A stretch of 64,000 bases of DNA from an uncultured Gammaproteobacteria bacterium (GCA_913045055.1 CAJWPI010000005.1:3675-67674); one strand, 5' to 3'; positions 48,793 to 60,747 are shown, numbered from the stretch's first letter. The notes: generated by a model not told the origin, from the letters alone. Numbers and translations: made by a program.

Positions 48793-51001
48793 TAAAAATC
48801 GGTGATGACCATGCTCTCTCTTCAGTTTCGTTCAGACAATCCCCAACCCCCTTTCCTTCGATATCTCCACATAAACTTACTTTAATACATTTTCCTTCTT
48901 CCATCTCACAACCAAGAGTATCAGCATTTATAGCGAGACTGGGTGACTGTATTGCTCTCACATAATAAATAACTTCGCGATTTCCTATTGAAAATTGGTT
49001 ATCTGTAAACTCTATTTCACATCCTTCTTGAGAAGGTTCACAATCAAATACCTTCCAAGGATCTTCAATTAAACCTTCCAAAGGTTCTTCTTGATACGAC
49101 TGGGGTCTTATTCTGATTATTTCTATTCTTTGAATATTTTTCCTTATATCTGAAGGATTAAAACACTCTCCTTTACAAAGATTTGTAATTAAATTTTGTT
49201 TCCCAACTTCTCCAGAAGAACCCATACATCCTGGTTTTTGAAAATGTGCTCCTAGTGCTTTTACTCTAAATACAGGGTCCTTTTCCATGCCCACTTCAGC
49301 ACCCATTGGGTAAACAGTTTCACTATTATGATTAATTAAATCAAACCATAATAAAATCCTGTCTCCACTCGTAGCATAAACTTCCCTTCTAGTCATAGAG
49401 TCCCATAAACTGTCTCTGTTCTTAAATACAGAATGAACAGCAACCAATCCTCCTGTATAAAGAAAGGAAGAAGCTCTTTCTGATTGTATTGATAATGTTG
49501 GTTCTTCATAAGAATTTAGATTTTGGGACCTTGGTAGCTGAGGTTCGTCCAATCTTGGATTAAGGAGAGCATTTCCTCGAGTGTTTTGTAAGTCTATTCG
49601 AGACTCAGAATTTAAAAATCTTAGATTCTCTTTATATCCAGTTCCTGGTCTCCCCTGATGATTATCACTTGAGCCAATAAAACCAAACTTATAATTTAAA
49701 GGGGTATCACCAGAAAAATCTGTTGAAGCTAATGCATATTGAACAGACATCTTAGGTCTATAATCAAAGGCTGGTAGGAAGCAATCCTTGCATTGACCTG
49801 AATCTATCCACTCTTTTGGGTCATAACCAGGAACTGTGAGAATGCCATAAGGATGAGACTTAACAAAATTCTCCCTTGCTTCTAAAGATCTTTTGTTGCA
49901 CTCATCGTCTGATCCTGCTGCTATTCTGCATCTTTCTCTTATTATCTCACCTGCTTGAAAACAGTATGGTAAATAATTTTGGGTAGGTTGTTCACAGGAA
50001 ACAACATCTTCTGAGTTAAAATTAAGAGGGGACCAAGATCTATACTCTTCTGAATTTCCATGTCCTGAATATATCTCAACTAGATTACCAAACCTAGGCT
50101 CATAATCTGAGGTATTGAGCTGGTTATCCCACGATGCAAAAGGGGGAGAAGTAGCACCCCATGCTGTTCCATGAGGGATAATCATTACCTCGGAGAGATA
50201 ATCATTAAGCTTAGAGTATAAAGCCGAAGGTGAGTCCGCTGTTTCCATACAATTACTTGAATTGAATAGCCCTAATCCTTCATCACACCTTTCTAAATAG
50301 GAAGCTACTAAAGATTTATACCTCCAATCAAAATAATGTTTTCTATTTGGAAAGTCTAAAGCTACTGCAGCACTTATTATTAAAGGATTTGGATTAACAA
50401 AATTTTCAAATTGACCAGAATTAACGGCAGCAATAGGTTTGGGTGGTATTTTATTATCTTCAAGGCCCTTAACTATTATATTCTTGTGACCATAGTGCGT
50501 ATTTGGGTTTGAACTAGTCTGAGTCCATTCCCACCCTACAAATGGTATAACTTCATTCTGATCTACTTCATTTGATATTGCTGCACAATTTTGAATGGAG
50601 TTTAAACTATCTTTCCATTCTCTTTGTGTAAGCCATTCTGCATGATCGGTAACAGCAAAAAAATCTAAAGAAGAACAAAATCTAGCAAAATTACATGCAT
50701 CTGCTACAGGATGAACCCCCTCCCCTTGCGCTATAGGTAGATTAAGCATAAAAGCATCAAATGAAAAAGTGGTGTGCACATGTAAATCTCCAAAAAGAAT
50801 TTGCTTTTTTTCGAAACCTTGTTTTTTTTGGTTTACTTCAATTATTTTTGATGATTGTGAGGTGGAAGAAAATTTGGAAACTTCTCCGGGTCCTATATAT
50901 GATCCAAACCAGTTAAAGAATACTGCGGCAATTAAAAAGAAAAAGGGGGATAAGAGAATAAGAATCGAATAAAGAATAGTTTTTTTTGAGATCTTTATCA
51001 T
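48767..51001 (-). CDS. DUF3604-like membrane-anchored PHP-type metalloprotein
   Basis: N-terminal TM; FGDLHVHTTFSFDA, LDFFAVTDHAE, GWEWT, IPHG, EIYSGHGNSE, GSSDNH, REVYATSG, YYVRA, ERAWSSPI. Confidence 0.8.
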   Translation of the reverse strand: MIKISKKTILYSILILLSPFFFLIAAVFFNWFGSYIGPGEVSKFSSTSQSSKIIEVNQKKQGFEKKQILFGDLHVHTTFSFDAFMLNLPIAQGEGVHPVADACNFARFCSSLDFFAVTDHAEWLTQREWKDSLNSIQNCAAISNEVDQNEVIPFVGWEWTQTSSNPNTHYGHKNIIVKGLEDNKIPPKPIAAVNSGQFENFVNPNPLIISAAVALDFPNRKHYFDWRYKSLVASYLERCDEGLGLFNSSNCMETADSPSALYSKLNDYLSEVMIIPHGTAWGATSPPFASWDNQLNTSDYEPRFGNLVEIYSGHGNSEEYRSWSPLNFNSEDVVSCEQPTQNYLPYCFQAGEIIRERCRIAAGSDDECNKRSLEARENFVKSHPYGILTVPGYDPKEWIDSGQCKDCFLPAFDYRPKMSVQYALASTDFSGDTPLNYKFGFIGSSDNHQGRPGTGYKENLRFLNSESRIDLQNTRGNALLNPRLDEPQLPRSQNLNSYEEPTLSIQSERASSFLYTGGLVAVHSVFKNRDSLWDSMTRREVYATSGDRILLWFDLINHNSETVYPMGAEVGMEKDPVFRVKALGAHFQKPGCMGSSGEVGKQNLITNLCKGECFNPSDIRKNIQRIEIIRIRPQSYQEEPLEGLIEDPWKVFDCEPSQEGCEIEFTDNQFSIGNREVIYYVRAIQSPSLAINADTLGCEMEEGKCIKVSLCGDIEGKGVGDCLNETEERAWSSPIFINFGPIPP

Positions 51002-51011
51002 TATTCTCTAG

Positions 51012-51404
51012 CTAACTAGAGGAAGGATTGTTGCCTTCTAATAAGACATAATGTTTTAAACTTTCTGTTTCTACAAAATAATATTTCCTCTTTGGCTTTT
51101 CTTCCATAAGCTTTACTTTAAAGATTTCTCCTTCTTTTAAACTTTCTGTAAGGATTATTTTCTCTCCTCTTTTTATCTTATAGAGATCTCTTGAATCAAC
51201 AGTAGCAAAATTAAAATTATCTTCATAAGAAATAATTTGTTTTTTTAATAAAATTACCTTATTGACATCTTTTTTATAATGAAAAAGAACTAACGAAGAG
51301 TGTTTGCGTGCTTCTAATTCATCTCCAATTTCGTAAATAGTTTCTTGCTCTGCTTGAGTAGACAGTGAAAAAAATAATACTAATAATCCAATTAAGTGTT
51401 TCAT
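51012..51404 (-). CDS. Hypothetical secreted protein
   Basis: Sec-type signal MKHLIGLLVLFFSLSTQA; start overlaps the purA stop by 4 nt. Confidence 0.7.
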   Translation of the reverse strand: MKHLIGLLVLFFSLSTQAEQETIYEIGDELEARKHSSLVLFHYKKDVNKVILLKKQIISYEDNFNFATVDSRDLYKIKRGEKIILTESLKEGEIFKVKLMEEKPKRKYYFVETESLKHYVLLEGNNPSSS

Positions 51405-52690
51405 TTTCCTAGAGGATATTCTCTGATAATAGCATCTTCACGTCTAGGACCAGTAGAGATAATAACTACAGGGGCACCGCAAAGCTCTTCTACAGTTTGA
51501 ATAAAAACGGCTGCTTTTTTATTTAGGTCATTAAAATTTGTGATCCCTTCGGTTAACTGATCCCATCCCTCTAATTCTATATATTCAGGTTTTACATCAT
51601 CCAATGACATAGTTTCCAAAATATCTTCTTTAGAAAGTGGGCTTGTGTAGTCAACACAAATTTTAACCTTTTCTAAACCATCCAGAACATCTATTTTAGT
51701 TAAACAGATTCCATTTATTCCGTTTAAATATACTGATTGAGAAAGAAGAACAGCATCCAACCAGCCACATCTTCTAGGTCTGCCAGTTGTAGCTCCAACT
51801 TCAAATCCCTTTTCAGCTATGTAAGTTCCTATTTCATCTTTTAATTCTGTTGGAAAAGGACCTTCTCCAACCCTAGTAGCATAAGCCTTTGATATACCTA
51901 AAGAATAATCTATTTTTGTGGCACTTAAACCAACACCAGGAGCTATTCCCCCCAGTGAAGAATTACTTGAAGTTACAAAGGGGTAAGTTCCTAGACTATA
52001 ATCCAATAAAGCCCCTTGAGCGCCCTCAAATAGGATACTTTTATTTTTTTTCTGTAAGTTTTTGACCTCACTGATTACATTTCCTACAAATGGCTTAAGT
52101 TTTTCAGCCTGTTCAAGGTTTTTGTCTAATAATTCATTAATATCTTCTTGCTGGTTTTTGTCATATCTTTTTATTAGAAAATTATAAATCTCTAATGCTT
52201 CTTCTAATTTAACTTTTAAGGTCTTGGGGTTATACAAATCAACAACTCTTATAGACCTTCTGCCTACCCTATCTTCATAAGCTGGACCTATGCCCCTCCC
52301 TGTTGTTCCAATCTTTGTTCCGCTTCTTGATCTCTCTCTAAGTTGATCTATTTTTATATGGTAAGGCTGAATAAGACAAGCAGCTTTACTCACAATAAGT
52401 CTTGCTTCAATATCACCAATGAATTTATAAGCATCGTTTATTTCTGAAAACAAGGCATCCAGACTTATCACAACACCTCTTCCCAAAAAACATTTAATAT
52501 TTTTATGACATATTGAAGAAGGTAACAAATGAAAAACTATTTTCTTACCGTCAACTATCAGAGTATGCCCTGCATTGTGTCCTCCTTGGTACCTAACAGC
52601 AGCATGAATATCTTTAGACAGAAGGTCTACAACTTTACCCTTTCCTTCGTCTCCCCACTGCAATCCGAGAAGAGATATTAATTTACTCAC
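51401..52690 (-). CDS. purA: Adenylosuccinate synthetase
   Basis: QWGDEGKGK, GGHNAGHT, IGTTGRGIGPAY, EGAQG, GATTGRPRRCGWLD. Confidence 0.98.
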   Translation of the reverse strand: MSKLISLLGLQWGDEGKGKVVDLLSKDIHAAVRYQGGHNAGHTLIVDGKKIVFHLLPSSICHKNIKCFLGRGVVISLDALFSEINDAYKFIGDIEARLIVSKAACLIQPYHIKIDQLRERSRSGTKIGTTGRGIGPAYEDRVGRRSIRVVDLYNPKTLKVKLEEALEIYNFLIKRYDKNQQEDINELLDKNLEQAEKLKPFVGNVISEVKNLQKKNKSILFEGAQGALLDYSLGTYPFVTSSNSSLGGIAPGVGLSATKIDYSLGISKAYATRVGEGPFPTELKDEIGTYIAEKGFEVGATTGRPRRCGWLDAVLLSQSVYLNGINGICLTKIDVLDGLEKVKICVDYTSPLSKEDILETMSLDDVKPEYIELEGWDQLTEGITNFNDLNKKAAVFIQTVEELCGAPVVIISTGPRREDAIIREYPLGK

Positions 52691-53678
52691 TTTCTAAATC
52701 CAAATTACTATGTTCTGCTATTGCCAAGATATCTAAATCAAATCCTACTGCTGGTCTTAGTAAATCTTCTGTCTTACTTATGCCATCATATCGACCACCC
52801 TTAGCTAATGGATAACCAGCTTTATCTATGTAAGCTGAAAAAACTACCCCATTATGATATCTAAAACCATAAACCTCTCCCAAATCTATATGCAACTTAA
52901 TTTTTTTATTTAATTGAAGGTTTTCTATTAAACTCTCTAAATAATCTAAATAATGTATTATTTCATCGTCGAGAACAGATAGTTTTGACTTTGCTGTTTC
53001 TATAACTTCTGTTCCTCCATAAAGTTTAGATAAATCAAGAAGCATATTGACCTGTTCAGATGTTAATTCCTCTGAACTAAGCGCTCTAATGTCTGATTCA
53101 GATTTTTTAGATAAAACTGATTCAACTTTATCAATATTTATAGTTGAACTTTTCTTAATCTCTTTAAAAAGGAATGAGGTTAAGCCAGCATGACCTATAC
53201 TCAACGTTATTTCTTTAACTCCAACTTTTCTAAGTCCCTCTATCATCAAGTTCATACTCTCTAAATCGGCTTCAAGAGAAGGGTCTCCAAAGATCTCTGC
53301 TCCAACTTGTATGGTAGTTCTAGATCGGTGTATTTGAGATATTTTCTTCTTTAAAATGTCACCTACATAACAAAGTCTAACTGGATCCAAAGTATTAAAA
53401 CGGTGGGCATCAATCCTTGCTGCTTGCTCACTTAAATCAGGCCTAAAAGATAATTGTTTTTCTGATAAATTATCTGCAAAAGAGAAGGCATAAGCCTCTA
53501 ACTCTTCATGAGCTTCTCCACCAAGAGTCTCTGAAAATTCTAAAAGAGGTGGAATAATATATTCGTATCCTGAAGATATATATAGGTCAATTAAAACTCT
53601 TTTAAGTTTCTCAATCTTGAGAGATTTAGGGGGAAGTATTTCATCAAATCCAACGGGAAGGTTCCAACTTTTTTTCAT
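52683..53678 (-). CDS. hisZ: ATP phosphoribosyltransferase regulatory subunit
   Basis: LPVGFDEILP, ARIDAH, RLCYVG, QVGAEIFG, YHNGVVF, GGRYD; conserved position before purA. Confidence 0.9.
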   Translation of the reverse strand: MKKSWNLPVGFDEILPPKSLKIEKLKRVLIDLYISSGYEYIIPPLLEFSETLGGEAHEELEAYAFSFADNLSEKQLSFRPDLSEQAARIDAHRFNTLDPVRLCYVGDILKKKISQIHRSRTTIQVGAEIFGDPSLEADLESMNLMIEGLRKVGVKEITLSIGHAGLTSFLFKEIKKSSTINIDKVESVLSKKSESDIRALSSEELTSEQVNMLLDLSKLYGGTEVIETAKSKLSVLDDEIIHYLDYLESLIENLQLNKKIKLHIDLGEVYGFRYHNGVVFSAYIDKAGYPLAKGGRYDGISKTEDLLRPAVGFDLDILAIAEHSNLDLESE

Positions 53679-53716
53679 TGGTTTATGTCTAAGGAAAAAC
53701 CCTTAGATTAGTAATT

Positions 53717-54589
53717 TTAGTTAGGTTCTGATTTATCAAGGTACTTAAAAAAATCACTATCAGGATCTATTAATAATATATCTGATTTATTTTCAAATGT
53801 AGCTTGATATGCCTTTAAGCTTCTGGTGAAATCATAAAACTCTGGATCTTTTGAATAAGCTGATGCGTAAGTTGCAGTAGCAGTAGCGTCACCATCTCCT
53901 TTTGTTTCTTCGGCTTCTCTATATGCGTCGGCTAATATAACTGTTTTAGATTTATCTGCTCTTGCTCTTATCACTGCAGCGACTTCATTTCCTTGAGCTC
54001 TAAGCTCTCTTGCTAGTCTTTCTCTTTCAGTCCTCATCCTGTTGTAAACAGAATCACTTACCTGGGCTGGTAAGTCTATCTTTTTTACTCTGAGATCTAT
54101 AACTTCTACTCCTAATTCATCTTGAGCAATTCTATCTAACTGAGAAGCAAGTTGGTTCATAAGCTCATCTCTTTCTCCAGATACAACCTCTTTTACTGTC
54201 CTGACTCCAAACTCATTTCTTAGTCCTGTATCTACTCTCTGAGCTAATAAGCGTTTTAATCTTTCCTCATCTCCACCAGTTGTTGTGAAATATTTTGAAA
54301 CTTCTTTTATTCTCCATTTAACAAAAGAATCTACTATGAGAGCTTTCTTTTCTGAAGTTAGATACCTCTGAGGAGCAGCATCTAAAGTTAATATTCTGGC
54401 ATCAAATTTTCTTACTGTATTGATAATTGGAAGTTTAAAGTGCAGGCCTGGCGGCACATCAAAGCGCACGATCTCACCAAAACGTAATAGTACTGCTCTT
54501 TGTGTTTCACTTACTACATACAGAGATTGTGTGAGCGCTATAAAAGATAGCAAAAGAAATATAGATAAAAATACTTTTAATTTACTCAT
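53717..54589 (-). CDS. hflC: FtsH modulator HflC
   Basis: PGLHFKLP, IVDSFVKWRI, RMRTERER, DPEFYDFTRSL. Confidence 0.96.
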   Translation of the reverse strand: MSKLKVFLSIFLLLSFIALTQSLYVVSETQRAVLLRFGEIVRFDVPPGLHFKLPIINTVRKFDARILTLDAAPQRYLTSEKKALIVDSFVKWRIKEVSKYFTTTGGDEERLKRLLAQRVDTGLRNEFGVRTVKEVVSGERDELMNQLASQLDRIAQDELGVEVIDLRVKKIDLPAQVSDSVYNRMRTERERLARELRAQGNEVAAVIRARADKSKTVILADAYREAEETKGDGDATATATYASAYSKDPEFYDFTRSLKAYQATFENKSDILLIDPDSDFFKYLDKSEPN

Positions 54590-55713
54590 TTTCTTCCATC
54601 CTGTTGTCTATTTCTTCTTCTTATTTCTTCTATAACTTGGTTGGTTAACTCCCTGATAGAAGTGGTTGAATTTGGGTTTGTACTTGGAGGAGGTAAAACT
54701 ATATCTTCCTCTGCTCTGGCTGCTTGGGCAATCTTATCAAGGGGTAAATAAAGAATATTATTTCCTCCTTCTACATCTACCATAACTTTTGTGCTACTTG
54801 ACATAACCTGTTGTACTGCTTCCAGATAGAGCCTATTTCTTGTTACTTCAGGTGCCTTCTTATATTCATCTAACAGAAGATTAAAACGGGCTGCATCTCC
54901 TTCAGCTTCTGCTATCACTTGCTCTCTATAAGCTTGTGCTTCTTGAAGCATTTTTTGTGCCTGTCCTCTGGCTTCAGGAACTAGACCATTCGCATAGGTT
55001 TCTGCTTCATTTCTTACCCTTACCTCGTCTTCCCTAGCTTTAATAACATCATCAAAAGCCTCTTGAACTTGATCAGGTGGAGAAGAATCTTCTATATTAA
55101 CTATTACAACCTGCAGTCCAGTAACATATTTATCTAAATAAACCTGAAGTCTTTCCTTTACCATTTGGGCAATTAGTTCCCTTCCTGTGGTTAATGCATC
55201 ATCCATAATTGTACTTCCTACTACGTGTCTTAAAGCACTTTCTGTGGCCTGGGTTAAGCTGTTATCTGCATCTCTTATCTCTAAAACATAATTCTCTGGA
55301 TTAGTGATTTGATACTGTACTGAGACAGTAACGTCAACAATATTTTCATCTTTGGTTAGCATCAATGCATCATGTCTATGTGGTCTTACCCGTACAACAT
55401 CAACAATCGTTCTACTATCAATAATAGGTGGATTCCATCGTAGTCCGGGACCTTTTGTCTCTAGGTATTCACCTAGTCTTAAAACTACTGATCTCTCAGC
55501 CTGTTGCACTTGGTAAATGCCCAATAGGAACCAAACAATAAGAACTAAAAAAATAAGAGAAAAGATATTCTTGGAAGAAAAACCTCCTCCACCACTGGAT
55601 ATTCCAAACCAACCGCTAATTTTTTCTTTAAACTGTTTAATAGCTTCGTCGATATCTGGGGGTCCTTCATTTTTTCCCCAAGGGTCTTTATTACCATTTC
55701 CGTTCCAAGACAT
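54586..55713 (-). CDS. hflK: FtsH modulator HflK
   Basis: DPWG..GPPDID, MLTKDENIV, AFDDVIKARED, APEVTRNRLYLE. Confidence 0.96.
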   Translation of the reverse strand: MSWNGNGNKDPWGKNEGPPDIDEAIKQFKEKISGWFGISSGGGGFSSKNIFSLIFLVLIVWFLLGIYQVQQAERSVVLRLGEYLETKGPGLRWNPPIIDSRTIVDVVRVRPHRHDALMLTKDENIVDVTVSVQYQITNPENYVLEIRDADNSLTQATESALRHVVGSTIMDDALTTGRELIAQMVKERLQVYLDKYVTGLQVVIVNIEDSSPPDQVQEAFDDVIKAREDEVRVRNEAETYANGLVPEARGQAQKMLQEAQAYREQVIAEAEGDAARFNLLLDEYKKAPEVTRNRLYLEAVQQVMSSSTKVMVDVEGGNNILYLPLDKIAQAARAEEDIVLPPPSTNPNSTTSIRELTNQVIEEIRRRNRQQDGRK

Positions 55714-57032
55714 TAGACTGCAACCTCAATTTTATTTTTATTTGAATCTACCAATTTTACTCCTTTTTCTAAAAGTAGTTCTTGAAGATATTCTCTACCC
55801 ATCTTAATCTTTAATTGTATCAGACCTGATGAAGTAGAAGTTTTTTCTTCTTCAACATATCCTAAAGAATAAAGATTTGATCTTACTCTTCCTAAAGAAG
55901 ACTTCAATGAAATCCAGCCAACAAAAACTTCTTTATTCACACAATGGATCATTGATTCTTGCAGGTTACTTATACCAAGTTCTTCTTTAGCTGATATCCA
56001 AACTTCTTTATCACCAAAACGGTAGTCTTCTAGAATATCTTTGTTACCTATTTTATCTATCTTGTTATTCACTCTCAATTGTTGAATATGAGAAATATCT
56101 AATTCATCTAGTAAATTATTAACTTCTTCTAGTTTATGTAAGTAATTCGAGTCAGAAATATCTACTACGTGAAGTATTAAATCAGCAGATTTTAGTTCAT
56201 CTAGAGTAGCTTTAAATGATTCGATAAGTTGTGTAGGCAATTCAGAAATAAAGCCAACCGTATCAGAAAATAAGAAGGGACTTAAATTATTATCTTTATT
56301 CTTTCTTGTTACTGAATCTAAGGTCGCAAAAGGTTGATTAGCTACGTATTGGTCACTTCCAGTCAGAACATTAAATAGAGTAGTCTTACCTGAGTTTGTA
56401 TAACCAATTAAGGAAATTAAGATGTTTTTGCTCTTTTGCCTAGAATACTTATTAAGAGTTCTTTGTTGGTGAACTTTATTAAGTTTTTTGTTAATAGTTT
56501 TAATCCTTTGATTTATAAGGCGCCTATCAGTTTCTAATTGCTTTTCTCCTGGACCTCCTCTTAAACCTATTCCCCCTCTTTGCCTTTCTAAATGGCTCCA
56601 GCCTCTTACAAGCCTAGTTGACAAATGTGATAATTGAGCTAACTCAACTTGGAGTTTGCCTGTGTGACTTTTAGCTCTTAATGCAAAAATATCTAATATA
56701 AGTCCAGTTCTATCTAAAACTCTTGATTTAAATATAGTTTCAAGATTCCTTTCTTGAGAAGGAGATAGATCATGGTTAAAAATAACCAAATCTATTGTTA
56801 AGTCTTTTACTTTATTTTTTATTTGTGAAATTTTTCCTTTTTTTATAAATGTGCTAGCTACAGGTTGTTCTTGCCTTCCTCTAACACCTGCAACTATATT
56901 TGCACCAGATGATAAAACTAATTCTTTAAATTCATTATGTCTGTCCTTTGCTAACCTCTTTTCTTTGCTGCCCGTTATCTCTATCTGAACAAGTAAAGTC
57001 TTTTGAGATGTGTCTTTTATATTTAAATACAT
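55713..57032 (-). CDS. hflX: GTPase HflX
   Basis: LSPSQERNLE, LQVELAQL, GPGEKQLETDRR, GYTNSGKTT, DTVGF, NKID. Confidence 0.96.
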   Translation of the reverse strand: MYLNIKDTSQKTLLVQIEITGSKEKRLAKDRHNEFKELVLSSGANIVAGVRGRQEQPVASTFIKKGKISQIKNKVKDLTIDLVIFNHDLSPSQERNLETIFKSRVLDRTGLILDIFALRAKSHTGKLQVELAQLSHLSTRLVRGWSHLERQRGGIGLRGGPGEKQLETDRRLINQRIKTINKKLNKVHQQRTLNKYSRQKSKNILISLIGYTNSGKTTLFNVLTGSDQYVANQPFATLDSVTRKNKDNNLSPFLFSDTVGFISELPTQLIESFKATLDELKSADLILHVVDISDSNYLHKLEEVNNLLDELDISHIQQLRVNNKIDKIGNKDILEDYRFGDKEVWISAKEELGISNLQESMIHCVNKEVFVGWISLKSSLGRVRSNLYSLGYVEEEKTSTSSGLIQLKIKMGREYLQELLLEKGVKLVDSNKNKIEVAV

Positions 57033-57046
57033 AAAATATCTTAGAA

Positions 57047-57991
57047 TTATCTCGCTTTAAGTATTTCTTCTTTAACTAGTGCTACTGATTTATCAATATC
57101 TTGAGAAACCCATATTACATTTTCCCAGCTTTTAAGCCATGTCATTTGACGCTTTGCTAATTGTCTTGTTGAAGTAACTGCTCTAAAAACCATCTCATCA
57201 TATGAGAGAAATCCCTCCAAATATTGGCAAACTTCTTTATAGCCAACGCTTCTTAAAGATTTAAAGCTACTGTTAATATCTTTTTGAGACAACAAATTTT
57301 CAACCTCTATTATTAAGCCTTGGTTTAACATTTGATCAAATCTATATTGAATTTCTTTTCTATGAGCATCTCTGCTCTGAGGCTTAATAGCAAATTGAAC
57401 AAAATTATATTGATCTGAAAGATGGTTATGGTTATTTTTTTTGTTTTTTTGCAAAGAAGACATTGGTTCTGTTGAGAGTTCATAAACTTCTAAAGCTCTT
57501 TGAATTCTTTGAGAGTCGTTAGGATGAATTTTCTCTGCAGATTTTGGATCTAATGTTTCTAGCCTCTTGTGAAGAAAAGGCCATCCCTTCTTTTCTGCTT
57601 CTTTGGTTAAAGAGTTTCTAATAGAATTATTTGCACTTGGCATATTTGCTAATCCTTTAAATAAAGACCGAAAATACATCATAGTGCCTCCTACTAATAG
57701 TGGAGTATTCCCTGAATCTATAGAATTTTCTATCTCTTTAATAGCATCTTTCCTAAAAAGCCCTGCAGAGTAATTCTCCTCTAACTCTAATTTATCAACT
57801 AACTTATGAGGATATTTTCTTAAGAGTTCTGTGGAGAGTTTTCCGCTTCCAATATTTAGATATTTGTATATTTGAACTGAATCTACACTAATAATATCAA
57901 TGGAAAGTTCATCAAAGATAGCAATAGCAAGATCTGTCTTCCCTACTCCAGTAGAACCCATAATAGTAAAAATGTTTGATTTTCTTCCCAT
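57047..57991 (-). CDS. miaA: tRNA dimethylallyltransferase
   Basis: P-loop GSTGVGKT, SVDSVQIY, VGGTMMY, IHPNDSQRIQRALEV, TRQLAKRQMTW. Confidence 0.95.
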   Translation of the reverse strand: MGRKSNIFTIMGSTGVGKTDLAIAIFDELSIDIISVDSVQIYKYLNIGSGKLSTELLRKYPHKLVDKLELEENYSAGLFRKDAIKEIENSIDSGNTPLLVGGTMMYFRSLFKGLANMPSANNSIRNSLTKEAEKKGWPFLHKRLETLDPKSAEKIHPNDSQRIQRALEVYELSTEPMSSLQKNKKNNHNHLSDQYNFVQFAIKPQSRDAHRKEIQYRFDQMLNQGLIIEVENLLSQKDINSSFKSLRSVGYKEVCQYLEGFLSYDEMVFRAVTSTRQLAKRQMTWLKSWENVIWVSQDIDKSVALVKEEILKAR

Positions 57992-58020
57992 TAATCTAGT
58001 TTAAAAGAGAAAAGAGATTA

Positions 58021-58053
58021 AAAAAACATACCGACCGCTAAAAAACGGTCGGT
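58021..58053 (-). terminator. Rho-independent terminator of the glnII-glnK-amtB operon
   Basis: Perfect 8-bp inverted repeat ACCGACCG (58030-58037) / CGGTCGGT (58046-58053), followed on the minus strand by ATGTTTTTT; 17 nt after the amtB stop. Confidence 0.75.
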
Positions 58054-58070
58054 TTAGTAAAATTAACTGA

Positions 58071-59351
58071 TTAAGTTAGGTCGTAACTTCTTTCTTCATG
58101 CTCAGTAACATCTAGACCTTCGAGTTCCTCTTCTTCAGTAACCCTTAACGGTGTAAGCAAGCCTGTTAGTTTGAGTATTATCCAGGAAGCTATGGCTGTC
58201 CAAAGCCCTATAACTAGAATTCCCTTTAGTTGGATTAAAAATTGTTCCATAGGAAGCCATGTTTCACCTGCACTTGAACCCAGGAATCCTCCTTGTACAC
58301 CTACAAAACTAACCATTATGATTCCAATAATTCCACCAACTCCATGAACAGGGAATACATCTAAGGAGTCGTCTATACCAAATAAACCCTTAACAGCTTG
58401 AGTGGCATAAAAACATATTATTCCTGCCATTAAACCAATTAAAAGAGCACCTTCAGGTCCAACACTTCCAGCTGCCGGAGTAATAGTTGCCAACCCAGCA
58501 ACCATACCAGTAGCAATCCCTACAAGTGTAGGCTTTCCTCCTTTTATCCATTCTATAGACATCCAAGTAAAAGCTGCTGTTGCTGCACTGATATGAGTTA
58601 CTAGCATTGCCATGCCTGCTAGTCCATCTGCTGCCCAAGAACTTCCTGCATTAAAACCAAACCAACCTACCCATAACATCGCAGCTCCAGTTATTACCAT
58701 TGTCCGGTTATGAGGCGGCATAGCAGTTGAAGGGAAGCCTTTCCTAGGTCCTAATACAAGTGCTGTAACTAAAGCTCCTACACCACAAGTTAAATGAACA
58801 ACCAAACCGCCTGCAAAATCTTTTACATCAGCAAGATAACCACCACCCCATATCATATGACAGGCAGGGATATATACTGCTGTAAACCAAAGTAAAGAAA
58901 AGATGCACATTGCACCAAATTTCATTCTTTCTGCAAAGGCACCTACAACTAATGCGGGTGTGATAATTGCAAAAGTCATTTGAAAAATTACAAATAGAGA
59001 ATGTGGCATTGTAGTACCGGGAGCTAATGTATCTCTACCTAATGCTGTTAAGAAAAAAGCGCTTGTTCCTCCTATAAAAGCATTGCCTTCAGTGAACGCA
59101 AGACTGTAACCATATACAACCCAAGCAATAGAGACTATGCAAGCTATAGCAAAGCATTGCATTAAAACTGAGATAGCATTTTTACTTCTTACTAATCCTG
59201 CATAAAAAAGTGACAAGCCAGGTAAAGTCATAAATAAGACTAAAGCCGTCGAAGTCAGTATCCAAGCAGTATCTCCAGAATCATGCCCCTCAGCAGAAAG
59301 TGAAAAAGACAGAAGTGCTGTAGTTGTAATGAAAAATAATCTTTTTAACAT
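58071..59351 (-). CDS. amtB: Ammonium transporter
   Basis: Signal peptide, FYAGLVR, FQMTFAIIT, DFAGGLVVH, WFGFNAGS, DDSLDVFPVHG (both pore His present). Confidence 0.97.
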   Translation of the reverse strand: MLKRLFFITTTALLSFSLSAEGHDSGDTAWILTSTALVLFMTLPGLSLFYAGLVRSKNAISVLMQCFAIACIVSIAWVVYGYSLAFTEGNAFIGGTSAFFLTALGRDTLAPGTTMPHSLFVIFQMTFAIITPALVVGAFAERMKFGAMCIFSLLWFTAVYIPACHMIWGGGYLADVKDFAGGLVVHLTCGVGALVTALVLGPRKGFPSTAMPPHNRTMVITGAAMLWVGWFGFNAGSSWAADGLAGMAMLVTHISAATAAFTWMSIEWIKGGKPTLVGIATGMVAGLATITPAAGSVGPEGALLIGLMAGIICFYATQAVKGLFGIDDSLDVFPVHGVGGIIGIIMVSFVGVQGGFLGSSAGETWLPMEQFLIQLKGILVIGLWTAIASWIILKLTGLLTPLRVTEEEELEGLDVTEHEERSYDLT

Positions 59352-59375
59352 AAAATCTCCTCTTTTCTATTTTAT

Positions 59376-60703
<1,328 letters not shown>

Positions 60704-60747
60704 GCTCTATTCTCCTTATAATTTTATAATCACCTTATATAATTACA

